A DNA stretch of 62,645 bases. Origin: Haliotis rubra. Taxonomy: Eukaryota. Under the pieces are notes generated by a model. That model was given only the letters and a program-made list of their open reading frames with translations. It was not told where the DNA came from and did no database searches. This document shows, piece by piece, positions 50,898-62,645 of the stretch; positions within the stretch are counted from its first letter, which is position 1; each line of letters begins with the position of its first letter. The position numbers and the translations under genes were made by a program. The stretch is from positions 248,001-310,645 of the forward strand of contig NW_025764978.1 in NCBI RefSeq assembly GCF_003918875.1, written 5' to 3'.

Positions 50898-51123
50898 CCT
50901 GAACAGTATGTATCATCTTGACGTCATCACAGTATATGACCAGCCGTTGTTGGTGGCTATGGAGAATAAGGTTCCCCACGTGTGACCGCCGGTTCGAATC
51001 CCAGACTCGGCTGATTGAGTTTCACACTTTGTTTCACAAAATCATAAACGTTTCCAATGTGTCTGACTTCGGGCTTCCCGTAGGAACATAACACACCGTT
51101 AACTTTTACTTTAGTCACAAGTA

Positions 51124-52080
51124 CAGTGCAGGAATCTGTGTTTGGCGTGCGTGTAATTGTGCGTGTGTGTGTGGACTTTAATATTTGAGTATTTATGGCT
51201 AGAAACATTCAACAGAACACAGCAAAGCTGACTCAATGAAACAGTGATGTACGTGCAAAGCAAGAACCCAGAGAAGTGAACTTATTCGCGATAGTTTCGT
51301 GCACGTGCACACATGACACACGTGACAAATATTCGGTATAAAAGCACGTGAAAATGTTTATGGACATCCACATTTTACGATTACCCACAATCACGTCACC
51401 AGGATCTTCGCCAGGCTGATGACCCGTTACAGACAGACAGGCAGGACAAAGGACAGGCCGAGGACTGGCAGACCCCGGGTCACGACCCTAGCTGACGACC
51501 GTTACTTGCGTACTCTGCATTTGCACAACCCATTCCTTACTGTGACATCATCAGCATCGACTGCGCTGGGTCATCGTATCAGCCGAAGGACGGTGTCCAG
51601 GAGACTTCGTCATCATGGTATCTGAGCCTACAGACCCTACCGTGGTGTAGCACTGAGGCGCTTACATCGACGTCGACGTGTGAGATGGGCACGTATCTTT
51701 CAAGGTTGGCAGCGCAAACAATGGGACAGAGTCTTGTTTACTGATGAGAGCAGATACCTCCTGAACAGACCTAACGGTAGGACACGAGTGCATCGACGCA
51801 GAGGAGAGCGGACGGCACGTTGCTGTGTGCAAGAGGTTGAGCCGTTTTGCGGTGGTGGCGTTATGGTGTGTGTGTGTGTGTGTGTAGGGGATGTGGTGAC
51901 AGACAGACAGATCTGGTTGTTGTCGATTGGAATTTGAATGGGTAGCGTTATACCGACCAAGTCCTTCGGCCAGTTGTTCTACCCTTCCTACAACAGAATC
52001 CAAGAACCGTATTTCAACAGGACAACGCCCCATGTCACACAGCTCAACGTGTTCAAGGCTTTCTCAACGCCAACAACGTC
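51124..52080 (+). mobile_element. 3'-truncated Tc1 transposon
   Basis: TA|CAGTG start. Transposase fragments DRPRTGRPRVTT, WDRVLFTDESRY, GGGVMV and FQQDNAPCHTA. Ends abruptly at the copy-C junction. Confidence 0.9.
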
Positions 52081-52797
52081 AAAACTAGTGACTGTAAATA
52101 ATGTCTAAATCTTCAAAGACAATACAGACTTTCGATAATGAGAAAATAACATATCACATTGTTTATTCTATTAGTCACATGATCATAACGGGTCCGGGTA
52201 TGGAGACGGGTACCCGGGTCCAACTCATTACCCAACCGTCCCAGCCCTGGTAAGTACGACATACCTAGGAGTCTGCCAGTGGCATCTAGTCGTCGGGATC
52301 TTTTAGATAGTTACTGTCACCGTGACCTATTAAGCGTCATCGCTCATACTGTCAGTCAAACTGTGGCAATTAAAATGCAAGGAATTGAAACATGCAAGCT
52401 TTTCTTGATAATGTCGCTGATCTATTCGAGTTTACTACGGTTATAACGAATAGGGTCCACCTCCTAGTTCGTTCGTTATCTGCATTCCGACTAAAGGTAC
52501 AGCAAGCATCCGTGACCCCTAAAACAGTCCGTGACATCCTTCATTTCGTTATAAACATAGTTGACTGTACAGCAAGGGCACTCCTTTAAAACACCACATG
52601 TGTTAAATCTTTACCTGTCTCCATTATTTACTGATTGTCAATAATCTAAGGTATGAACAGAAACTTGACAAGGACAAATGCAGCATGACAATACTGATTA
52701 TGTTCAATGGCTGGCATCTGCGAAGCTTGAGATCGATAGCATCAGGTGACATTTTGCAAGCCTGCACGGTAACACGCACACTTCAGAATGCACCTAG

Positions 52798-52934
52798 CTG
52801 ATTGGTTAACGATGACGAAGCTATTAGAAACAGGACAGTATATAAGAGCTGACATCGCACTTATTGCGTGTTTTATTCAACACGGGGTTTGCAGCTAAGG
52901 TTGTTTCGACCAGGCTCTGTGGTAGTCAGGACAG
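52798..52934 (+). promoter_or_regulatory. Putative promoter and first exon of tandem-RHIM gene C
   Basis: CTGATTGG, TATATAAG (52839) and donor CAG|GTAGGT. Confidence 0.5.
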
Positions 52935-53771
52935 GTAGGTGCCACTTTCTTCATTTTACTTTCCCAGCTTGTCCAAGACTGAATCCGCCATGAAGGTTAC
53001 CTTCAAATAATTCTACAAGGAAACACACAAATATTGAACAACTGCAAAACAACATTTCTGTTATCCTGTGAAATCTACCCTAAGGCTGACCCCACCTTAT
53101 CACTATAACAAGAGCATTTGTCAATGATTCGCTATCAAACTGGGGACGACTACAGCGTTCACGCGGAAGGCCCGATTCCCCATATGGTAACAACGTGTGA
53201 AGCCCATTTCTTGTGTCCCCCGGCGTGATATTGCTGGAATACTGCTAACAGCGGCGTAAAACTAAACTCACTCACTATCAAGCTGTGTTGGCATATGGAG
53301 TTTTCCAGCTTATCCTGGCACCCGTCACAACCACATGTGAGGACACGGCAACTCTCATATACCCACGTATACATACACATATAGCATTACTGCATATCTC
53401 AAATCAATATGTTACTATAGATTGACCCACTGCAAAGGCTGCAGCAAACAGCTGGTGAAGTGAACTCATGTCTGTCCTGGTTGCTGCCTCTTTAACATGT
53501 AATTTATACAGGTCAAATTACGTGTGTACGTTTGTATTAAGGGTCAACATGTACGTAGATGTCTAAGAATTATAGAGTGACTTACTTCAATCAGAGTATT
53601 GGATGTCCTTCGCAAGACCTCTCTGGCTCTGGTATGCAATATAAGTTACTATTCTATGAAATCGTTTTAAGATTTGTCGTTTGTAAAAGCTGCTATTCTT
53701 TCTACATTTCATCACAGAGACAACGGCGAGTGGTGACATACGAACCAGGGATCTGTTCAAACTTCGGGGCA

Positions 53772-55165
53772 ATGTCTGAAGCTAGGGGGACGTACCACGT
53801 CGCACCGTCTGGCTTACAGACGAACAAACAATTAGAGTACAGTTCTCAGCATATGAATGACCAAAATACATGTCTTTCACGGTCAAAGAAAGGTAGAAAA
53901 GGAAAGTTGAAACATGCCAACCAGTCTTTACAATCTGACCAAAAGCCAGACAGCTGTAAGAAGCGTCTCTGTAATCGTCCTCAAATCGATATACGGCGCA
54001 TTGTACAAATCGGGCACAATAGAAACACAATTTCCTTTATTCAAAGGAAAGACTCCAATACTAGCGTTAGCAATACAACTATTGTACAACTCGGGGACAA
54101 CAACATTGTATATATATACTTAGATGACAAACTCCCCACGAACATACTGCTAGGAGACACGGTCGTCGTGTACGTCCCCCCTGGGTGTGACGGCAGGCCC
54201 CGGGTGTTTGTCTGCGAACAGAGAGGACCTGACAACCAGATTGTCACCCACTGTCGCCACAAGTCGCCACGGATCTATGAACGACAGACATTTGACAACT
54301 TCCGGTCACGACACTGTCACGTGATCAGATCTGTCCTGCTGCCAACTGCTTCCGGCTCCAGTAAGAAAGGTAAGTGTTGCTGTGGACGGAGGGCACTTTG
54401 CGTCTGGCATTGTCAGTTATGTTACACTGTTAGTAAAGTAAAAAAATAAATTAACAAGGCTAACGGCCGAAGTACAGTGTAGATGCAAGTATCATATACG
54501 AAGTGGTGGCACAATAACACGAAATTGTGTAGTTAACATCCAATTAAAAATATAATAATAAAGAACGTAAGGCGATGACATCTTAGAACTATATCGCACA
54601 TAACAGTACCGTATGTGTCTAGCATAAAACGTTTTGCATGGGTTCCCTGAGTCAAGAACATGACAATAATAAAGATATAGAAGTTTGTGGTAATGTTCTG
54701 AGAGAGTGTACATTTTGTTTTTAAAAAATGGTATTGGAAAAGTATTTGTGTGTTAAAACATCATACATAGGGCACACTGACATAAAATGTAACTCGTCTT
54801 TATAATGTATTTACTAAAAGGATAACATGTAATGTTTTAAACATCAAGGAATTGATGGGTAGATGATTGACCATTGATTTAATCCAGTTTCATCCCACTC
54901 ACTCACTCACTCACTCAAGAAGAGTAAAATATATGAACAATTAACCAGCATAATGGACATTGAGTATTTTCAAATTGTTTATATACATGTTTCCATCTTG
55001 TCAGCTGCGGGCCGTCATAAACCGTTGACTCCCGGGGACTGCGATGTCGTGACCATCAAGCATGGTGGCTCTCATCGGACTCGCACAAGAAGAAGAGTGA
55101 AACCTCACAGCAGGAAGTACCCGCTTCTTCATCCCATCGGGGTCAAGGACACCAGAAAACTGTGA
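53772..55165 (+). CDS. Tandem-RHIM protein, copy C (~252 aa from MSEARG); exons 53772-54369 and 55005-55165
   Basis: IVQIGHNRN (54003) and IVQLGDNNIV (54084), with the same splice sites as A and B. The frame stays open upstream to 53559. Confidence 0.75.
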
Positions 55166-55265
55166 ACCCTGTCTGCCTGAGAAGATACATCTCTTGAACG
55201 TTTTGGTTTCTCGTATCGATTTACAGATAACATGTTTGAGCGGCATTTTAGAAGTTGTGACGCAC

Positions 55266-55433
55266 AATATAGAACAAGTTATTATGGATAACAACTTCTT
55301 TATTTCGTGAGTGCGACGTTTCGATACAGATTCTTGTACCGTTGTCAAGCAAGACAACGGTACAATAATCTGTATCGAAACGTCGCACTCACGAAATAAA
55401 GAAGTTGTTATCCATAAAAACATGTTCTATATT
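55266..55433. repeat. ~170-bp palindrome, copy C
   Basis: Homologue of 1601-1769. Confidence 0.85.
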
Positions 55434-55491
55434 TATTTATAGAGAGATTCTCAGGCAGTTTTGAAAAGATTACGCCTATTCCTGTTAGGGA

Positions 55492-56675
55492 TACCTTGTA
55501 AGCCATATTGGCTCAAGTCTAAGACATTTGTACATTCACTAGGCATAACTTACAATGCTAGTGTACATGTATATTGTACTGTCAGCTTGTATAACATATA
55601 CACACGTATACTTATTATATACCATGTGCTCCTGTAAGCCATATTGGTTATATCAATGACAGCAGTACATTCACTATACACAAGTATATACCATGTGCTC
55701 CTGTAAGTCATATTGGTTCTATCAATGACAGCTGTAAGTTTATTATACATAACTTGCAATGTTAGCATATATATTGTACTATCAGCTTGTATAGCATATA
55801 CACACGTATTTTTATTATATACCATGTGCTCCTGTAAGCCATATTGGTTGTATCAATGACAGCTGTTAGTTTAGTATACATAACTTGCAATGTTAGCATA
55901 TATATTGTACTATCAGCTTGTATAGCATATACACACGTATTTTTATTATATACCATGTGCTCCTGTAAGCCATATTGGTTGTATCAATGTCAGCCGTACA
56001 TTCACTGTACATAACTTGCAATGTTAGCATCTATATATTGTACTATCAGCTTGTATAACATATACACACGTATTTTTATTATATACCATGTGCTCCTGTA
56101 AGTCATATTGGTTGTATCAATGACAGCTGTAAGTTCTTATACATAACTTGCAATGTTAGCATATATATTGTAATGTCAACTTGTATAAAATATACACATG
56201 TGCATTTATTATATACCATGTGATCCTGTAAGCCATATTGGTTATAGCAATGACAGCTATAAGTTTATTATATATAACTTGCAATGGTAGTTTATGTTGC
56301 ACTGCCAACTTCTATAACATATACACACGTAGTTTTATTATATACCATGTGCTCCTGTAAGCCATATTGGTTGTATCAATAACAGCTGTTCGTTTATTAT
56401 ACATAACTTGCAATGTTAGCATATATATTGTAATGTCAACTTGTATAGCATATACACATGTGCATTTATTATATACCATGTGATCATGTAAGCCAAATTG
56501 GCTATATCAATGACAGCTGTAGGTTTATTATATATAACTTGCAATGTTAGCATATAGTGTACTATCAGCTTGTATAACATATACACCTGTATTTTTATTA
56601 TATACCATGTGCTCCTGTAAGCCATATTGGTTATGACAGCTGTAAGTTTATTATACATAACTTGCAATGTTAGTA
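55492..56675. repeat. ~131-bp tandem satellite, copy C
   Basis: Same unit, with a different array composition. Confidence 0.9.
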
Positions 56676-57078
56676 TATGTATTCTATTTCTAGAGGACAT
56701 ACATGAATATCTGGTATATGCTATGTACCCTTGTAGTCTTATTAATAGTCTTATATACAATCTTATGAAAGACATACAAATTTCTATGCTTAATATTACA
56801 CCCTACCACTGCAGTGTGTCACATCGGTAAGGCACGAATCTGGATGTTAACGCGTATCACTGTAATGGATTTCTTAGTGTATAGCTGAGACACACAGAGA
56901 TGTGGTTTGTTATCATTCTGGTTGCACCCATCCTTTTTATGTTGTTCTTTTTTATTATCTGAACACAGTTTCGAGTAATGTGCTTGTGTACATGAATAAA
57001 ATGTCTAATGAATCTATATAATTGTTATTCTTGTATTTATAACTATCTGTATTGAGACACATAGGTTCAAGTCTTTTC

Positions 57079-57236
57079 GGGGTGATGGGATAGCCTAGTG
57101 GTTAAAGCGTTCGCTCATCACGCCGAAGACCCGGTTTCGATTCCCCACATGGGCACAATGTGTGAAACCCATTTCTGGTGTGCCCCCGTGATATTGCTGG
57201 AATATTGCTAAAACCCAACTCACTCACTCACTCACT
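57079..57236 (+). mobile_element. tRNA-derived SINE, same insertion site as 3698-3868
   Basis: Same TSD and position. Confidence 0.85.
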
Positions 57237-58790
57237 CAAGTCCTTTCAAACAATACATCTAGAAATTGTACCTATATTGCAAACACACAGTAGATTTCAG
57301 TCGTATTTGTACACTTTGGATATATAACTAACAAAGCTGATAAAACCTTTGTATCTAATCGATATATCATTGGAGTAAAATCACACATGGTGCAAGTTAG
57401 TAAGTACTCATGGACCGATAAGAACGATTGTCTGAAGTATCCAAGATCACTCCATCATAGCTGTATTAGAGACTGAGATCCGGGTAACGATTTGGTTGGT
57501 TGGTTGGTTTGTTGTTTAACTCCCAACTCAGCAATATTCACAGTATGTGGAGGCTGTCTGTAAATAATCAACTCTGGACTAGGCAATCCAGTGATCAACA
57601 TCATGAGCATCGATCTACGCAATTGGGATACGATGACATGTGTCAGCGAGTTTGCGAGTCTGACCCGCTCCCGATCCCGTTAGTCGCCTCTCACGACAAG
57701 CATGGGTTACTGCAGACCAATTCTCACCCGGATCTTCACGAGTTCGGGTAATGAATAATCCTCAAGAATGAACACGAAGGGAATATCGATAAACATCAGA
57801 GCATGTACTATATAAGAACCATTATTTGATGCCATCTGGAACAAAAATAATAATGGTATTTTTTCAATTAATCGCAAATTAATCATCCAACCTTAACTGT
57901 TAGAAACTGTTTTAACAAAGTCACGACCAACTGAAAACAACCAAGCAAACGTGTTGCGTGATTGAAAGCAGAAGAATGGCAAGCGAGCGTGGCGAGAACA
58001 TTCCGTGTGTGTAAACTCTAGTAAGTGAACCTGTCGCATGGTACGTCATGTGACCGGTCCAAATCACACCGATCCTGCGTCACAACGTCATACTGCAGCA
58101 ATCCTATCTCCATCGTGGCTACACAGCTGAATCATCGACTACAGCAGATTCTGGGATTGCCAAAGAGATCAAACCAGACATTGATGAACCACCTTGGAGA
58201 AGTTGGGGTCAGAGCCAGACCTGCTGTAACACGTGTACCAATGTTCACTGTACATCTTTACACTATAAGGCTCGTTTCAGTAGAACTTTGTCAACTGGCT
58301 GTTTTGAGAACGTAATGACGAGGATTGTGTTTCATTCAGCTTTATTCAGTTTGATCTTCAAAGGGTTTGTAATGGTAACTTTCTTTCACACGAAAGTCCT
58401 GTAAATAACAATGATGCATGTTATGTTCCATACATTTTAGGGCTCAACAAATATTTTAAAATATGAAAAGGTAAATTTCATACAATTATGTCTTGTAGTG
58501 CCTTGTGTTAGTTGTGTTTCATGGTTTGATATATTCAATAATATTTCAATTACCACCGAGGCTAATTTACAGCATCCTCGATAATGTCCAGGGTATACGT
58601 TCCGATAAATCTCCACTACTAGAACGCCTACCAAGGAGATTATCGAGGAGGAATGTATAGAAGTGTACCCTAACTGAACCCGCCACGAATCATAATCAGT
58701 TCCAATCTGGGACTCGAACCCATGACAAGTGGCCTAAGTTTAAGCCAATTTATTCGAGTTTGACTCAACAAGCCACCTATCCTCATCGCA

Positions 58791-59851
58791 CTATTTAATC
58801 GGTGGTGTAACAATAATTGTTATTGTGTCAATGTGTTCTTTCTTCAAAGAGTCCATGGTGTCGGTCGGTTCCACCTGGCCTTTCTTAGCCTGACTGCAGC
58901 ACACCACACTTCCAAATATAATCAGTCCAAGGAGCACCGTGCTCCCGAACCCGCCAACCGCCACCAGGAACCCGCTGCCTAGACCGTCAGCTGACTCCAC
59001 CGGAGTTGCAGTTGTAGTCGTTGACGTAGTTGGGTCGGAGATGAAGACACTTGAAGCTGAGATTATGGTCCCGTCGGGTTTCATCCAGGTCACATTCGGA
59101 AACAGATCACCCTTAATTTGACATGAAATGTGTAGCAGATCTCCCTGTTTCGCGGTATAGAGATCCCCGCACTTTAGAATTTTGGGGGGAATACAAGTGA
59201 AGTCCTTATCTTCTGCATGGTAAATCGTATGGTATTTCAGTACACTTGGAGCAGCGCATGCCCGGAACATTGCCCGAGTACACGGAGTACATCACGCTCT
59301 AGTTGAGGTTCTTCAGCCACTGAATGTCGCATGTGCATCTCCAGGGGTTGTCTGAAAGATGGATGATCTGCAGCTTCTGGAAGATCAGCTCGAACGAATC
59401 TGGAATAGTTGCTAATTTATTGTCGGACAGGTCTAGAGTCTTAAGGCTTGTCAAATGTTGAAATAATTGCACAGATACCTTTTTCAAAATTGTTTCCATA
59501 CAGATCAAGGTTTCTGAGATTTTGTCAACCCAGTGAACATGGCAATGGAAGAACGTCAAGGTTAGGGTCACCCAGAAATAGATCATGCAGGTTCTTCAAG
59601 GATGCAAATGCGTCATCGGCGATCTTACATCCCGTGTTTCCAGTCAGATCCACGAAGACAACATCATTTAAGCCATGGGAAGATGCCAGTGTTTATCTGG
59701 GAGATCTTATTATGTTTCAGGGCAATGCGTTTTAGTTTAGTCAGTCCTTGGAACAAGTCATAGTCCAACTTTGTCACCTCACTGTAAAGTAACGTAGAAA
59801 TCTTCAAGATTCGAGAACAGCTGGCAAAGCTGGAGTGTTTCAATGTTGATA
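58791..59851 (-). pseudogene. LRR-Ig-TM receptor pseudogene, copy C
   Basis: Shares the 5' truncation, TAG stop (59299) and Ig deletion with copy A. Extra 1-bp indels may be sequencing noise. Confidence 0.8.
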
Positions 59852-60809
59852 CATGTCAGTGTTGAAAATGGGAGTCTTTGCTATTGTACTTGATTTTCGT
59901 GTCTCGAACCACCTGCATAAATAACGTTTACATGCACGGAAAGATTTGACAGCTGTCGATGTTTACCGAAAAGAGGCCAGACATTTATTCAAAGCAGAGG
60001 GTAGTGCTAATGCGAGGGTCCGGTGTTCCAAATATCAAAAGCGGGTGAACAAATTGAATACAATGAGCAAGAAAGGTAAGGAATAACCAACAAGCTCAAA
60101 ACAATGTTTTGTGAAACCTTATAAAGTTTGATTGTAGCGCACGTTAAAATAGTCAGGCTGTCCGGTTTTCGATAAGGCTTTGAGGCATCGTGAGTGTCAC
60201 CTACTGAGTATTGTGTGTAATGAGTGTAGCGGTAGAATTTTCTTAAAAATTCATTTCTTCTGAGATCTCGTTTCAAATTTGAAATACTAGGATTATATCA
60301 TGACATAAAAGAACAATATGCGATTGCAGAGTCTAGAATTTTTTTTGTTGTGTCACTGAAGGTAGTTCAGAGCTCATATTGGTTTGTATAATGCATGCTA
60401 TAATCAATATTTTTTAACAAAGCGCGTGTCGCGTTTATGTGTGAATTACCGCAGAATTTCAAAGGAAACTATTACAAGGATGATTATGTTTTAGATGTTT
60501 TTAAAAGGGCTAAGATACTGCGGGGATCAAGAACTCCAGAGTAATAATAAATGTGGCCGTGAAGGGTGTGGGTTAAGAAGAGTTCTTGGTTAATGGAATG
60601 GATGTGTTGAAACTGAAAGCCATTTTGCTGAAAGTATTTTTGATTGAGGTAGGTGCCTGTTTGAAACGATACAAGCACGTGTGTATCGCATGGTATATTA
60701 TTATTATTATGCATAATATAGGATTCAAATAGAATTGAAAAACCAGACATCTGTACATTATTGTAATGAAATATCTTGAAATATGTACCAAGCTAGCTAA
60801 ACCTAGCCC

Positions 60810-61385
60810 GAGGTGAGGTGAGTGAGTGAGGAGTGAAAGTGGAGTGGAGTGGATCCGGAGCGGAGGTGGAGAGGAGGCAGGAGCTGAGTGGGAAGGAGAG
60901 GAGGCAGGAGAGGAGAGGAGCAGAGTAGAGGTGCGGAGGGAGAGAGTAGAGAGGAGAGGAGAAGAGCCGAGGAGGGAGGGTAAAGAGGGAGAGGAGGAGT
61001 GGTGAGAGGGAGGGCGGAGAGGAGGCAGCTGAGGAGGAGGAGGGAGGGAAGTGGAGAGGAGAGGAGTGGAGTGGAGAGGAGAGGAGGAGAGGAAGGGAGA
61101 AAGGCAGGAGAGGGAGTGCGGAGGAAGGAGAGGAGTGGAACGGAGAGAGAGAGAAGAGAGGAGAGGTGGGTGGAGAGGGAGAGGAGAGGAGAGGCGGAGA
61201 GGAGAGGTGAGGAGAGGGCGGCAGAAGGTGCGGAGAGGAGAGAGGAGAGGATAGATGAGGAGAGTGGAGAGAGGAGAGGAGAGGAGTGGAGCCCGGAGAA
61301 AGAGCGGGGTAAGAGAGAAGAGCCAGGGGGTGGGGCGAAGCGGGCGTGGCGTATAGGCAGGTGAAGAAGGAAGTGAGAGAGGGAG
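60810..61385. repeat. (GGAGA)n-type polypurine tract, copy C
   Basis: Homologue of 7447-7993. Confidence 0.9.
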
Positions 61386-62645
61386 GTTGGTTTCTGCCAC
61401 TCCAGGGGTACACCCAACTCTGCTAAGCAGTTCGTCGTTTCTAATACCATAATGATATTGATCCATTTGTATGGCGTTTTCCCAGAAAAGAATATCACGT
61501 TCAAAACCGACCCTAAACTGTCTTTTGAGGTGCTGGATGGTTAAAGTGACACTACCATCTCATTCTGCCTGGTATCCATCCGCAACAGTTTGAGCAGAGG
61601 CAGATGTCCGGACAAATTCATCCAGCGTCAGACAGGACCGTACCAAGAAACTCTGTCAGGAGCCACACTGTCGAACATAGTGACCCCATGGAGAGACTTC
61701 ACCTGATATTTATACCGATGTGGCCTGAATTTTTAACAATATTTGAGTTTTCACAGCACCTTGAGCTTGATATAGGTGAAATGTTCCAAAGTGATGAATA
61801 TGTATGGTGCTGGAGTTCGAACCTATGATCATAGTTATCTAGTGTGACTAGAGCCACAACCCTGCATGGCAGTACTCGCCTTGAATGACAGGGCCCCACC
61901 AGGTGCCGTGATTACAATGAATAGTAGCGCTAATAATTTGTCTGGCTGCTAAAAACACTTGATTAGCTAGAAACACATTTTACAATATATAAAATAATAG
62001 AAACAACAATGAAGATTTGCATTAAAGTTCAAGAGAAAAGCAGCCCCATTGCCATTACGAGCACTACTACATTGTAAAAACCATTAGAGGTAACAAAAGG
62101 AACCAGTGAAATCCTGGAAATATGATTATAGCGATTTTTATGCGCATGCGTAGACTAATTGACTTTCTACATGCGCGCCGGTAATCGAAAGGGCGAAAAC
62201 GCGACGCGACAATGCATATATGTCGCATTGTCTTGATCTTAATCATATGTTATAATACATACTATACTCAATATTTTAACCCAAAGCGACACGCGACAAT
62301 GCGACAACGCGACGTTTGATCAAAATGTCACGCGTTGTCGCGTAATCACGTGTCTCACTGTAAATAAATTTTAGGCTGTTTTACACATCTTACATAGGGC
62401 GACGCGACAACGCGACATATTTTGACCTTGAAAATTGTTGCTATGTCGCTTGTCCCTTTGGAGGAGAATGAAAAAATATATTTTTCAAAACGCGACACGC
62501 GACATCGCGACAATGCGACAAATGGGCGAAATGTCGCGTTGTCGCAATGTCTATGAAAGTTGTTTTGTGTAATTTGCTTGTATTTGAGAGGGGGCGACAA
62601 CGCGACAATGCGACAACGCGACAATGTCCCTTCCAGGATTCCATA

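Larger units (their letters stand above)
52080..62645. repeat. Segmental duplication copy C (52080-59851 homologous to 40070-49292; 54011-62645 homologous to 1-9241)
   Basis: Collinear near-identity, starting AAAACTAGTGACTGTAAATAATG in both B and C. Confidence 0.95.

Noticed and set aside
1-62645. Giant LTR-type element, suggested by ~9-kb direct repeats at both window ends
   Set aside because: No gag, RT or integrase inside. The repeats contain intron-bearing host-like genes and a third, older copy lies internally, so this is a segmental duplication.

Overview
AT-rich, intron-containing animal genomic DNA. The (GAGT)n-tailed tRNA-derived SINEs suggest a gastropod such as abalone, but this is an inference. 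The main finding is a cluster of small + strand genes with RHIM-like amyloid signalling motifs ([I/V]Q[I/L]G-x-N) and no recognisable kinase, death or TIR domain. It comprises three copies of a tandem-RHIM gene (<1-1500, 41684-45028, 53772-55165), an 89-aa single-RHIM gene missed by the ORF track (13237-14427), and a disrupted repeat-rich gene ending in a RHIM-like motif and a C-terminal membrane anchor (~36.1-39.25 kb). Each tandem-RHIM copy sits in a duplicated cassette with a ~131-bp satellite and a convergent LRR-Ig-TM receptor pseudogene, and the three pseudogenes carry complementary lesions. Between the cassettes is an intact 10-exon minus-strand receptor (467 aa): signal peptide, YWTD-type propeller, two EGF-like repeats, TM, NPxY and an ITAM-like tail. 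Its first EGF exon is preceded by nine tandem copies of its own splice acceptor. The rest is transposon debris (Harbinger, two Tc1, Academ-like, a tyrosine recombinase fragment, MITEs, SINEs), minisatellites and three N-gaps. Sequence after ~59.2 kb looks unpolished. All gene models were built by hand from splice signals and phase continuity, with no database search.
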